This document shows positions 1 to 9,030 of a DNA stretch of 64,000 nt, one piece after another. Numbering within the stretch: position 1 is the first letter of the stretch; the number at the start of each line of letters is the position of its first letter. The stretch is from Parcubacteria group bacterium (GTDB lineage: Bacteria > Patescibacteriota > Patescibacteriia > UBA1558 > GWA2-36-10): assembly GCA_003104935.1 (NCBI GenBank), contig PQAE01000004.1, positions 6,835 through 70,834 of the forward strand, written 5' to 3'. The position numbers and the translations under genes are program-made. The notes under the pieces are model-generated. The model ran no database searches, was not told the origin of the DNA, and saw only the letters and a list, made by a program, of their open reading frames with translations.

Positions 1-230
1 AGGTAGCCGATTAGGGCCCTCCGAGAGAGGTTAGTTTATTAAATAGCCGCCTAAAATTAACACAAATCATAAAAAAAATCAAGCCCATAGCACGCCTGGC
101 GGCGGCTATGAGCCGAGGGCCCCATTTTAGGCCATTTTTAGGACATTTTTGGCTCATTCTTGCCTTTACTTTAGGCCTTTTTTGTGTTAATATTTAGACA
201 CTAATAAGAGTAAAAATTGAGCCAAAAACT

Positions 231-836
231 ATGACTATCTCGTGGTATGGTTTTAACTATTTTAAGCTACAAAACGGCGAGGAGTCGCTGATTTTTAATC
301 CCTATACCTTGGACAAGGTGACGCATTTTGGCAAAGCCAAGGCGGATATGGTTTTGTTTTCTGATCCGGCCAAAGTAGCGGAAGTAAAGATGGATGCCGA
401 GACTTTTGTGGTGGACTCGCCGGGCGAGTATGAGGTCAAAAACATGTTTGTCTATGGCCGGCAGATCGGTCAACAGATTGTCTATGTGGTAAATTTTGAC
501 AAGATCAAAGTCGCTTTTTTAGGAGAGATGGAAGACCGTGAACTCACTAATGGCGATTTGGAGCTACTAGAAGATGCCGATGTACTGATTTTGCCGGTTG
601 GTGACGGCGCATATTTGAATAGTAAGCAGGCCGTCAAATTGATCGGTCAGATCGAACCGCGCGTGGTGATACCAAGTTGCCATAGTGCCGGCACTTTCAA
701 ACTAAAGAGCGATCCGGTGGCGGTCTTTGTTAAAGAATTTGGCGTCAAAGCTGAGGAGCTGGATAAATTTAAAGTAAAAAAGGCCGACTTGCCGCAGGAT
801 GACGTCAAATTAGTTATCTTAAAGCCCAGTGCTTAA
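231..836 (+). CDS. MBL-fold (metallo-beta-lactamase-like, UPF0173-type) protein; canonical HxHxDH metal motif not evident
   Basis: 201-aa ORF starting MTISWYGFNYFKLQNGEESLIFNPY, which resembles the MKITWLGHSAFLIE...LIDP start of MBL-fold hydrolases. No His-rich metal motif is present, so catalytic competence is uncertain. Confidence 0.4.
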   Translation: MTISWYGFNYFKLQNGEESLIFNPYTLDKVTHFGKAKADMVLFSDPAKVAEVKMDAETFVVDSPGEYEVKNMFVYGRQIGQQIVYVVNFDKIKVAFLGEMEDRELTNGDLELLEDADVLILPVGDGAYLNSKQAVKLIGQIEPRVVIPSCHSAGTFKLKSDPVAVFVKEFGVKAEELDKFKVKKADLPQDDVKLVILKPSA

Positions 837-841
837 GAAAT

Positions 842-1183
842 ATGGAAGAGAAAAACAACAAAATTATCGTAGTTTATATCTTGGCCGGAATATTTTTTGC
901 GGCTATCGTCTACCAATGGGTTAAATTCGCTCCCTACAAAGCAATTTCTGCGCCTCCGGATAATACCTGGGAACAGATCACTCAGCGGGCCGGCCAGGCC
1001 GTCAACACTATCCAGAATAATTTTACAAACGTCAAAGATCAGTTGACCGATATGCAAAGCGAACTACAGCGCCAGGCCAAAGAAAAAATAATATTGGAGC
1101 AAGCCCGGCAATATATCATAAATTTACACAAAAATACCACGACCAGCACGAGCACTTTGAATAATTCTAACAAAAGAAATTAA
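842..1183 (+). CDS. hypothetical membrane-anchored protein (single N-terminal TM)
   Basis: 113-aa ORF. It has a hydrophobic N-terminal segment IIVVYILAGIFFAAIVY followed by a polar Q/T/N-rich tail. No recognisable family. Confidence 0.35.
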   Translation: MEEKNNKIIVVYILAGIFFAAIVYQWVKFAPYKAISAPPDNTWEQITQRAGQAVNTIQNNFTNVKDQLTDMQSELQRQAKEKIILEQARQYIINLHKNTTTSTSTLNNSNKRN

Positions 1184-1224
1184 CCCCCTCTCCCTCCCCC
1201 TTACTAAGGGGGAGAAGGAGGGGG
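1184..1224 (+). terminator. G/C-tract palindromic hairpin (CCCCCTCTCCCTCCCCC / GGGGGAGAAGGAGGGGG), member of a repeated hairpin family
   Basis: Near-perfect ~17-bp inverted repeat immediately after the stop codon at 1181-1183. Related elements occur at 34074-34151 and 36826-36902. Confidence 0.45.
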
Positions 1225-1271
1225 TGAAAATACTAGCTTGATAGAGCAGAAAAGAATACATTAATTTATTT

Positions 1272-3761
1272 ATGCCCAAGAAAATACTTAAACCAATTAA
1301 AGAAGCAGAACCTACCCCGGCCACCTATGATCGGGTGGAGCAGTTGTCCATCGTGGACGAGATGCAGAGCTCTTATATCGATTATGCTATGAGCGTAATC
1401 GTCTCCCGCGCTCTGCCTGATGTCCGCGATGGCCTGAAACCGGTGCATCGTCGTATCCTTTACGCCATGTGGACTCTGGGACTGCGCCATAGCGCCAAGT
1501 TCAGAAAATCCGCCACAGTGGTCGGTGAAGTGTTGGGCAAATACCATCCCCACGGTGATGTGGCGGTTTATGATTCTATGGTACGCATGGCCCAGGATTT
1601 TTCCATGCGCTATCAGCTGGTTAACGGCCAGGGAAACTTTGGCTCTATGGACGGTGACGGCGCCGCGGCTATGCGCTATACCGAGGCCAAATTGACGGCT
1701 CTGGCTGAGGATCTGATGACGGATATTGAAAAAGACACGGTTGATTTTGTGCCAAACTATGACGGCGCGCATCAGGAACCGCGGGTTTTGCCGGCCAAGC
1801 TTCCTAACCTGCTTTTAAACGGCGGCACTGGTATTGCCGTCGGTATGGCCACCAATATTCCGCCCCACAATTTAGGAGAACTCTGCGAGGCCATTGCCCT
1901 GCTGATAGACAAACCGGATTCTACCGTCGAAGACCTGATGCAACACGTCAAAGGACCTGATTTTCCCACGGGCGGAGTTATCTATAATATCGATGATATC
2001 AAGGCCGCCTATGCCACCGGCCGGGGAGCGATTGTTTGCCGGGGCGAAGCTGAGATTTCCGAAAACAAATTAGGTCAGTTTCAGATTATTATCAGCTCCA
2101 TTCCTTTTCAGGTGAACAAAGCGACGCTCTTGGAAAAAATAGCCGAGCTGGTCAAAGATAAAAAAGTGGAAGGCATCAAAGATCTGCGCGATGAGTCGGA
2201 CAAAGACGGCGTGCGCATCGTGATTGACCTCAAAAAAGAAGCTTATCCTAAAAAGATTTTAAATAATCTTTATAAGCATACTCAGCTACAGGAAAAGTTT
2301 CACGTCAATATGCTGGCCCTGGTGGATGGCATCCAGCCGCGCGTGCTTAACCTTAAATCAATCTTAGAGGAGTATATCAAACACCGTCAGGAAGTCGTAG
2401 TGCGCCGGACTAATTATGAACTGGCCAAGGCCAAAGACCGGGCTCACATCTTAGAGGGTTTAAATTTGGCCCTGGACAAGATCGACGCCGTGATCAAGAC
2501 TATCCGCGCCTCCAAAGACAAGGAAGTAGCCAAAACAAACTTGATGACCAGATTTAAGCTGAGCGACCGCCAAGCTACCGCTATTTTGGAAATGAGACTG
2601 CAAAATCTGGCTAACCTGGAAAGATTAAAGATTGAAACCGAGTTAAAAGAGAAATTAAAACTGATTAAAGAATTAACCGACATTTTGAAGAGCAAAGTCA
2701 AGGTGTTGAAGATTGTCCGGGACGAACTCATGGATTTGAACATCAGATTCAAAGATGATCGCCGCACCAAGATCGTCAAATCCGCTATTGATAAGATGAC
2801 CACCGAAGATCTGATCCCAAACGAATCAACGGTCGTGACCATGACTCATGACGGCTACATCAAGCGTCTGTCTCCCGAGACCTTCAAGACGCAGAGCCGC
2901 GGCGGCAAGGGAGTGATCGGTCTGACCGCCAAGGAGCAGGACGACGTCAAATTATTTTTCACGGCCAATACTCATGACAACCTGATGTTCTTTACAACGG
3001 TCGGTCGGGTCTTTAAACTGATGGCTTATGAAATCCCGGCCATGACTCGCACGGCCAAGGGACAAAACATTGTCAATTTTTTACAGCTGGCGCCGGAAGA
3101 ACAAGTGTCTTCAGTATTACAATGTCAGGACCTGGCGGCTTTTAAATTTCTGGTAATGATTACCAAAAATGGTCTGATCAAGCGGGTGGCCCTAGACCAG
3201 TTTGAAAACGTCCGTCGCTCCGGACTGATCGCCATCAAATTAAAATCCGGTGATGACCTCTTGTGGGTCAAGCCATCGGGCGGCAATGATGATATAATGC
3301 TGGTTACCGCCCAGGGGCAGTCTATTCGCTTCAAAGAAAAGATGGTGCGCACTATGGGACGCAGTGCCGCCGGTGTGCATGGCATCCGGGTTAAAAAAGG
3401 CGACGAGGTGGTCGGCATCGATCTGGTCAATGAAGGCAAAGTCAGTAAGGATGAGCAATTATTAGTGGTGATGGCGCACGGCTTTGGCAAGCGGACCGGA
3501 CTGGGAAATTATAAAGTGCAGGGCCGCGGCGGATCGGGTATCAAGACCGCCAGTATCAGCACCAAGACCGGGGCGATTGCCGTAGCTAAGATTGTCAGCG
3601 CCCGGCTGGAAAATGACGACATGATTATTATTTCCCGCAAGGGGCAGGTGATTCGCTTGCCTATAAAGTCGGTCAGCATTTTAGGCCGCGCGACACAAGG
3701 AGTCAGACTGATGCGTTTTAAAGACGCTGATGATAAAGTTTCTTCGGTAACTTTTGTCTAA
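1272..3761 (+). CDS. gyrA: DNA gyrase subunit A
   Basis: 829 aa. Carries GyrA signature segments [59 protein letters not shown] and a C-terminal beta-pinwheel region. Confidence 0.95.
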   Translation: MPKKILKPIKEAEPTPATYDRVEQLSIVDEMQSSYIDYAMSVIVSRALPDVRDGLKPVHRRILYAMWTLGLRHSAKFRKSATVVGEVLGKYHPHGDVAVYDSMVRMAQDFSMRYQLVNGQGNFGSMDGDGAAAMRYTEAKLTALAEDLMTDIEKDTVDFVPNYDGAHQEPRVLPAKLPNLLLNGGTGIAVGMATNIPPHNLGELCEAIALLIDKPDSTVEDLMQHVKGPDFPTGGVIYNIDDIKAAYATGRGAIVCRGEAEISENKLGQFQIIISSIPFQVNKATLLEKIAELVKDKKVEGIKDLRDESDKDGVRIVIDLKKEAYPKKILNNLYKHTQLQEKFHVNMLALVDGIQPRVLNLKSILEEYIKHRQEVVVRRTNYELAKAKDRAHILEGLNLALDKIDAVIKTIRASKDKEVAKTNLMTRFKLSDRQATAILEMRLQNLANLERLKIETELKEKLKLIKELTDILKSKVKVLKIVRDELMDLNIRFKDDRRTKIVKSAIDKMTTEDLIPNESTVVTMTHDGYIKRLSPETFKTQSRGGKGVIGLTAKEQDDVKLFFTANTHDNLMFFTTVGRVFKLMAYEIPAMTRTAKGQNIVNFLQLAPEEQVSSVLQCQDLAAFKFLVMITKNGLIKRVALDQFENVRRSGLIAIKLKSGDDLLWVKPSGGNDDIMLVTAQGQSIRFKEKMVRTMGRSAAGVHGIRVKKGDEVVGIDLVNEGKVSKDEQLLVVMAHGFGKRTGLGNYKVQGRGGSGIKTASISTKTGAIAVAKIVSARLENDDMIIISRKGQVIRLPIKSVSILGRATQGVRLMRFKDADDKVSSVTFV

Positions 3762-3767
3762 AAAAAT

Positions 3768-4781
3768 ATGGAGGACAGAATAATCTCCGCTAGCGAACAA
3801 GATAGTGACCTCGCCTTGGATGTAACTCTGCGCCCGCAGTCACTCGGGGAGTATGTGGGCCAGTCACAGATTAAGGCTAATTTAGATATTGTTCTTCGTG
3901 CCGCCAAGGGCCGAGGCGAACCACTGGACCACGTCCTCTTATACGGACCGCCGGGTCTGGGTAAGACCACTCTGGCGCATATCATCGCCAAAGAAATGGG
4001 CGTGGGCATCAAAGTCACTTCCGGACCGGCCATATCGCGAGCCGGGGATCTGGCGGCGATTATCACCAATCTGCAAAGCGGCGATATTTTGTTCATAGAT
4101 GAGATTCACCGGCTCAATAAAACTATAGAAGAGATACTTTACCCGGCCATGGAGGATTTTGCCCTGGACATCGTCTTGGGCAAAGGCCCGGCCGCTCAGA
4201 TCCTGCGTTTGGATTTGCCTAAGTTTACCTTGATCGGCGCCACCACCAGATATAATTTGATTTCTTCACCACTGCGCGACCGTTTTGGTATCACGCACCG
4301 TCTGGATTTTTATAATCCAGAGGAGTTGGGGGAGATTATCCGCCGCTCCGCCAAAATATTAAATGTGGCTATTGATGATCAGTCCCGGGGGGAGATCGCC
4401 GGACGTAGCCGGGCCACGCCCCGCATCGCTAACCGTGTACTCAAAAGAGTGCGCGACTACGCCCAGGTCAAAGCCGACGGCAACATTGACCTGGATTTGG
4501 CTCGCCGAGCGTTGGAACTGATGTCTATAGACCAGCATGGCCTGGATGAGATTGATCGCAAATTGTTAAAAATAATGGCTCATAATTTTTCCGGCGGGCC
4601 GGTCGGTCTGGGTACCCTGGCCGCGGCTTTACAAGAGGAAGCAGGCACGATTGAGGACATTTTTGAACCCTATTTGATGCAACTGGGCTTTTTAGCCCGT
4701 ACCGGCAAGGGGCGGGTCCTGACCGATAAAGCTTATGAGTACTTGGGACTGGAAAGAAAACCGGAACAGAAGTTATTTTAG
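3768..4781 (+). CDS. ruvB: Holliday junction branch migration helicase RuvB
   Basis: 337 aa. [12 protein letters not shown]...[22 protein letters not shown] Walker A AAA+ segment and a winged-helix C-terminus typical of RuvB. Confidence 0.93.
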   Translation: MEDRIISASEQDSDLALDVTLRPQSLGEYVGQSQIKANLDIVLRAAKGRGEPLDHVLLYGPPGLGKTTLAHIIAKEMGVGIKVTSGPAISRAGDLAAIITNLQSGDILFIDEIHRLNKTIEEILYPAMEDFALDIVLGKGPAAQILRLDLPKFTLIGATTRYNLISSPLRDRFGITHRLDFYNPEELGEIIRRSAKILNVAIDDQSRGEIAGRSRATPRIANRVLKRVRDYAQVKADGNIDLDLARRALELMSIDQHGLDEIDRKLLKIMAHNFSGGPVGLGTLAAALQEEAGTIEDIFEPYLMQLGFLARTGKGRVLTDKAYEYLGLERKPEQKLF

Positions 4782-4786
4782 TTCAA

Positions 4787-5371
4787 ATGAAGCGATTATT
4801 ACTACACACTTGTTGCGCACCTTGCGCAATTTATGTAATAAAAAAACTGACCAAAGAATTTAGCGTCAGTATTTTTTTCTATGATCCCAATATCCATCCG
4901 CGGCGCGAGTATAATCAGCGCCGTGATGAGATGCGCGGCTATGCCCAAAAAATTGGTTTAGATTTTCAGGAAGGCGAGTATGATAGCATCCGCTGGCTAA
5001 CGGCCACGCAAGGACTGGAAAATGAGCCGGAGCGCGGCCGGCGTTGTGATGTTTGTTTTGATCTGCGGCTGGCTAAAACTGCGTCCCAGGCCAAGGCCGA
5101 GCAATATGATGTCTGGGCCACGGTGCTGACTATCAGTCCTCACAAAGATGCCGAGCGCATCAATGCTATCGGCAACCGCCTGGCCGGACAGTACGGCATT
5201 ACTTTTTTAGACGGAGACTGGAAAAAGCAAGACGGTTTTAAGACGGCCAGCCGGTTTAGCCGGGCGGAAAATTTTTACCGCCAAGATTATTGCGGTTGTC
5301 TGTATTCCAAAGCCGAGAAAGAGCGGGTCAAACATGACCGCCTCAAGATTTATGCAGATAAAATTATTTGA
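4787..5371 (+). CDS. queH: epoxyqueuosine reductase QueH (DUF208)
   Basis: N-terminal LLLHTCCAPCAIY motif and Cys pattern characteristic of QueH. Immediately upstream of queA. Confidence 0.8.
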   Translation: MKRLLLHTCCAPCAIYVIKKLTKEFSVSIFFYDPNIHPRREYNQRRDEMRGYAQKIGLDFQEGEYDSIRWLTATQGLENEPERGRRCDVCFDLRLAKTASQAKAEQYDVWATVLTISPHKDAERINAIGNRLAGQYGITFLDGDWKKQDGFKTASRFSRAENFYRQDYCGCLYSKAEKERVKHDRLKIYADKII

Positions 5372-6374
5372 TTATAAATTACCGGACGGCCGTATCGCTC
5401 AAAAGCCGGTCAGTCCACGCGATCACTCGCGGCTTTTATTTTTAAACAAAAAAAATGGACAAATTAGCCATTGTCATTTTTATGATTTGCCGGAGATTTT
5501 GCAACCCGGCGACGTCCTAGTGCTCAACGAAACTAAAGTATTTCCGGCCCGGCTGATCGGTCGCAAGAATAGCGGCGGTAAAGTGGAGTTGTTTTTACTA
5601 AAACCCTTAAAAAACGGGCTTTGGCAGTGTTTGATCGGCGGTCGGCGCTTGCGGGCCGGTCAGACCATTTTATTTGCCAAAGGACTCAAAGCAGAACTCG
5701 TTTCCGGTGTTAACACCAAGATTAAGATTGTAAAATTTAATTATAAAAACTCAAAATTGAACACATTAATTGCTCAGCTCGGGCACACACCCTTGCCACC
5801 CTATATCAAGACGCCGGACAGTCAGAAAATTCGTAAGTCATATCAAACAGTTTTTGCCAAAACCAGCGGATCAGTCGCCGCGCCGACCGCCGGACTACAC
5901 TTTACTCCGCAACTTTTAAAAAAATTAAAGAGCCAAGGAGTAAAAATTTTTAAGATAACCTTGCACGTGGGTTGGGGTACTTTTGCACCGGTGTCTGTCA
6001 GCGATATTACCAAACACCAGATTCACAGAGAATGGGTCAGTATCAGCCCGGCCGCGGCCCGGGCGCTCAATCTTTTAAAAAAACAGGGGCGGCGGATTAT
6101 TGCGGTGGGGACTACTACCACGCGCGCGCTGGAGGCCATGACTCGGAATAAAAAATTAATTTCCGGTGAGCAGGACGTCGATATTTATATCTACCCCGGC
6201 TATAAGTTTAAATTTATAAATTCTTTGATTACCAATTTTCATTTACCTCAGAGCTCCCTCTTGTTTTTAGTCTGCGCCTTAGCCGGACAAAAAAATATTT
6301 TACGCGCCTATAATATTGCCGTGCGGCGAAAATACCGTTTTTACTCTTTTGGCGACGCGATGTTTATAAACTAA
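5352..6374 (+). CDS. queA: S-adenosylmethionine:tRNA ribosyltransferase-isomerase QueA
   Basis: MQIKLFDYKLPDGRIAQKPVSPRDHSRLL matches the QueA N-terminal consensus. Start moved to the internal ATG at 5352, since the track ORF at 5334 adds a non-conserved extension. Confidence 0.9.
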   Translation: MQIKLFDYKLPDGRIAQKPVSPRDHSRLLFLNKKNGQISHCHFYDLPEILQPGDVLVLNETKVFPARLIGRKNSGGKVELFLLKPLKNGLWQCLIGGRRLRAGQTILFAKGLKAELVSGVNTKIKIVKFNYKNSKLNTLIAQLGHTPLPPYIKTPDSQKIRKSYQTVFAKTSGSVAAPTAGLHFTPQLLKKLKSQGVKIFKITLHVGWGTFAPVSVSDITKHQIHREWVSISPAAARALNLLKKQGRRIIAVGTTTTRALEAMTRNKKLISGEQDVDIYIYPGYKFKFINSLITNFHLPQSSLLFLVCALAGQKNILRAYNIAVRRKYRFYSFGDAMFIN

Positions 6375-6390
6375 TCTTTAGAGGGCAATA

Positions 6391-6668
6391 TTTTGGTAAA
6401 AGAAAATCAGGACCCCCGTATCGCGCTTAGCGCGACGGGGCAAGCCCATCAAAATATAATGTTCTCAAAAGACCCGAGTAAATCGGGTACTATAAAATTT
6501 GGTAAAAGAGAATCAGGACCCCGTAGAAAACGCATGGCTCGTTCTACGGGGCAAGCCCATCGAAATATAATGTTTTAAAAAAAGACCCGAGTAAATCGGG
6601 TATTGTAATACTCGGTAAATGAAATCAGGACCCATTTAATCGCCCCAAGTGATCAAATAAGTCCTGAT
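6391..6668. repeat. intergenic tandem repeat, ~2.5 units of 107-113 bp, each with conserved hairpins and a TATAAT box
   Basis: Unit 1 runs 6391-6497, unit 2 6498-6610, and a partial unit 3 from 6611. Shared blocks are GGTAAAAGARAATCAGGACCCCGTA, a variable CCCCGTA...TACGGGG stem-loop, CGGGGCAAGCCCATCRAAATATAATGTT, and the AGACCCGAGTAAATCGGGT hairpin. Confidence 0.7.
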
Positions 6669-6851
6669 GACTTCTGTGTTTGTACGATATTCAATTGTCG
6701 ATGATCTTGAGCGGCTTAGAGCCACAACATTTTGTTTTTTTATTTCTGTCACGCTAAGCGCGACTTTTTTGTTGTTTTGAGCCTTAAACGGTTCAAGATT
6801 CTGTGTAAAGTACCTTAGATAACTATATTATAGCATATTTTTGGGCATTAA

Positions 6852-7442
6852 TCAAGGATTTTTTTCCAAAAGCAAAATCGTCCAAGGTAGGGGCTGCTTT
6901 TTAGCTATGATTTTAAAGTAAGGAGAGACTAATTTTTCAAACTTATTTATTGACCAATGGTTAATATGTCCAGGGGTATTGCCCCAGTCGGATAGGTAAC
7001 GGCCCCGGGACATATTAAGCATCCTCCAGAGAGGTTCACGCGGCACGCTGATTAGACAATATTTTTTTGTCACGCGTTTTAACTCCGTCAAAGCCTCGGT
7101 CGGTTTTTCTAAATGTTCCAAAACTTCCAGGGCAATGACCAAATCAAAATTATTATCCGGACTATTTATCCTGTAAATCGACTCCTGACTGACGCTGACT
7201 TGAGGATTGCGATTTTTCGTTTGGGCCACCAACTCAGCTTCTATGTCTGAGGCCGACCACAACAAATCGGGTCTCATTTTTACCAAATACTCAGTGGAGA
7301 ACCCCGGACCACAGGCGAGCTCGCGGGCATTTTCAATGTCCAGATTTTTTAGGAGCAAATTTATATCAGCATAAAAATTAGCTATCAGCCGGCGGGCGAT
7401 AAAATTCGCTTGGGTATATTTTCGTGAAAAATCCGGTATCAT
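6852..7442 (-). CDS. class I SAM-dependent methyltransferase
   Basis: 196 aa. LACGPGFSTEYL glycine-rich SAM motif I and LVIALEVLEHL motif (Methyltransf_11/12-like). Confidence 0.7.
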   Translation of the reverse strand: MIPDFSRKYTQANFIARRLIANFYADINLLLKNLDIENARELACGPGFSTEYLVKMRPDLLWSASDIEAELVAQTKNRNPQVSVSQESIYRINSPDNNFDLVIALEVLEHLEKPTEALTELKRVTKKYCLISVPREPLWRMLNMSRGRYLSDWGNTPGHINHWSINKFEKLVSPYFKIIAKKQPLPWTILLLEKNP

Positions 7443-7508
7443 TTTAGTCGCTTTAATTAGTTTGTGTTTTGTGCTTTAATTATGCTAATCTTATTATATT
7501 ATAGCTAT

Positions 7509-8489
7509 ATGCAAAACACCAGCCAAAAAATTAAATTGATTATCCAGATACCTTGTTATAATGAAGCCGGGCAACTGGCTATGACCGTAGCGGAGTTACC
7601 GCGCCAAATACCCGGCGTTGATATTATAGAATATTTGGTGATTGACGACGGCAGTAGCGATCAGACAGCGGAGATCGCCCATGGATGCGGCATCCATCAC
7701 ATTGTTAAGTTTACTAAACACCTGGGTTTAGCCAGAGCTTTTATGGCCGGCATTGAGAAATCCTTGGAGCAAGGAGCAGATATTATCGTTAACACTGATG
7801 CGGACAATCAATACTTCGGAGGCGATATAGAAAAATTAGTACAGCCCATTTTAGAGGGCCGGGCGGATATGGTTGTGGGCCAGAGACCGATCGAGAATAT
7901 TGAGCATTTTTCCCGGACTAAAAAATATTTACAGCGCCTGGGCAGTTGGTTGGTCAGGCGGGTTTCCCAGACCGATATTCAGGATGCTCCCAGCGGTTTC
8001 CGCGCCTTTAGTCGCACTGCCGCCAGCCAGCTAAATATTTTTAGCGAATATTCCTATACTTTAGAAAGTATTATCCAGGCGGGACAAAACGGTTTAGCAG
8101 TGATTTCGGTGCCGATCCGGATCAACGGCGAAATCCGTCCCTCGCGTTTAGTCAAAAGTACGTTTGATTATATCAGTCAATCAGTCTTTACAATATTGCG
8201 CATTTTTGTGGCCTATCAACCATTAAAATTTTTTGTTACATTAGGCGGTGCTTCATTTATTATTGGGTTACTTATTGGCCTGCGTTTTCTGTGGTTTTAT
8301 TTTGAAAATAATGGCGCCGGTCATGTCCAGTCTTTAATTTTAGCGGCTCTGTTATTAGGTGGAGGATTTTTTCTGTGTATCGTCGGTATCTTAGCGGACA
8401 TCATCTCCGTCAACAGAAAACTTTTAGAGAAAATAGACAACCGCCTCAAGCAGGTGGAGACAAAACTTAACAAAGAAAACAATGGCTGA
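7509..8489 (+). CDS. GT2 family polyprenyl-phosphate glycosyltransferase (Dpm1/GtrB-like) with C-terminal TM helices
   Basis: KIKLIIQIPCYNEAGQL...LVIDDGSSDQT...NTDADNQY (DxD) motifs of GT2. Two C-terminal hydrophobic helices. Start set at the internal ATG (MQNTSQ); the track ORF begins at 7464. Confidence 0.8.
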   Translation: MQNTSQKIKLIIQIPCYNEAGQLAMTVAELPRQIPGVDIIEYLVIDDGSSDQTAEIAHGCGIHHIVKFTKHLGLARAFMAGIEKSLEQGADIIVNTDADNQYFGGDIEKLVQPILEGRADMVVGQRPIENIEHFSRTKKYLQRLGSWLVRRVSQTDIQDAPSGFRAFSRTAASQLNIFSEYSYTLESIIQAGQNGLAVISVPIRINGEIRPSRLVKSTFDYISQSVFTILRIFVAYQPLKFFVTLGGASFIIGLLIGLRFLWFYFENNGAGHVQSLILAALLLGGGFFLCIVGILADIISVNRKLLEKIDNRLKQVETKLNKENNG

Positions 8490-9030
8490 TCAGGTGGAGG
8501 GGCTGTTATCCGGCTATTTGCGGAAAAGTCGCGCCGAGTTGGCTCGACCATTTTTGAAAGGTACCATTTTAGATTTTGGTTGTGGGGTGGGTTATTTAGC
8601 TGGTTTTGTTCCGAATAGCAAATATATTGGAGTTGATCGCGACCGAGAATCTCTGCACGTAGCCAAGAAAAACTATCCCCAACATGTTTTTATTGAACAA
8701 TTGCCGCCGTCAGGAAGCTACGATACAATCATCGCTTTAGCCGTAATCGAACACTTGCCAGATCCGAAAGCTCTGTTGTCAGTACTATCTGCGCTACTGG
8801 CCGAGGGCGGAAAAATAATAATTACCACGCCCCATCCGGTCTCCGATAATGTGCATTGGTTTGGTGCAAAATTGGGCATTTTTAGCCGAGCCGCTCATGA
8901 AGAGCACGAACATTTATTTGATAAAAAATCGTTTAACCTTATTCTGCCCGCCAGCGGCCTAGAGATCCTGGAGTATCGGCGTTTTTTGTTTGGTATGAAT
9001 CAGCTATTTGTCATTGGGAAAAATGTTTAG
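8482..9030 (+). CDS. class I SAM-dependent methyltransferase
   Basis: ILDFGCGVGYLAGF motif I and IIALAVIEHLPDP motif. Overlaps the GT2 stop by 8 nt, suggesting an operon. Confidence 0.7.
   Translation: MADQVEGLLSGYLRKSRAELARPFLKGTILDFGCGVGYLAGFVPNSKYIGVDRDRESLHVAKKNYPQHVFIEQLPPSGSYDTIIALAVIEHLPDPKALLSVLSALLAEGGKIIITTPHPVSDNVHWFGAKLGIFSRAAHEEHEHLFDKKSFNLILPASGLEILEYRRFLFGMNQLFVIGKNV

Noticed and set aside
1-130. GC-rich structured segment at the window edge (GCCGATTAGGGCCC...TAGCCGCC...GGCGGCGGCTA...GAGGGCCCC) that superficially recalls an rRNA or ncRNA terminus
   Set aside because: It is truncated by the window boundary. I see no convincing match to 5S, tmRNA, RNase P or SRP conserved motifs, so I cannot assign it.
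6460-6500. Possible preQ1 riboswitch, since it is adjacent to queH-queA and has the hairpin ACCCGA-GUAAA-UCGGGU followed by an A-rich tail
   Set aside because: The loop is too small for the preQ1-I aptamer. It lies downstream of queA in a convergent intergenic region rather than in a 5' UTR, and it is part of a tandem repeat.
6393-6578. Track ORF 6393-6578 (61 aa)
   Set aside because: It lies entirely within the tandem repeat. Its periodic sequence is explained by repeat units, not by coding.
6391-6668. Possible CRISPR array, given the repeats with variable inserts
   Set aside because: There are only ~2.5 units. The repeat unit is >100 bp with the variable part embedded in a hairpin. Units are not spacer-separated short repeats, and no cas genes are nearby.
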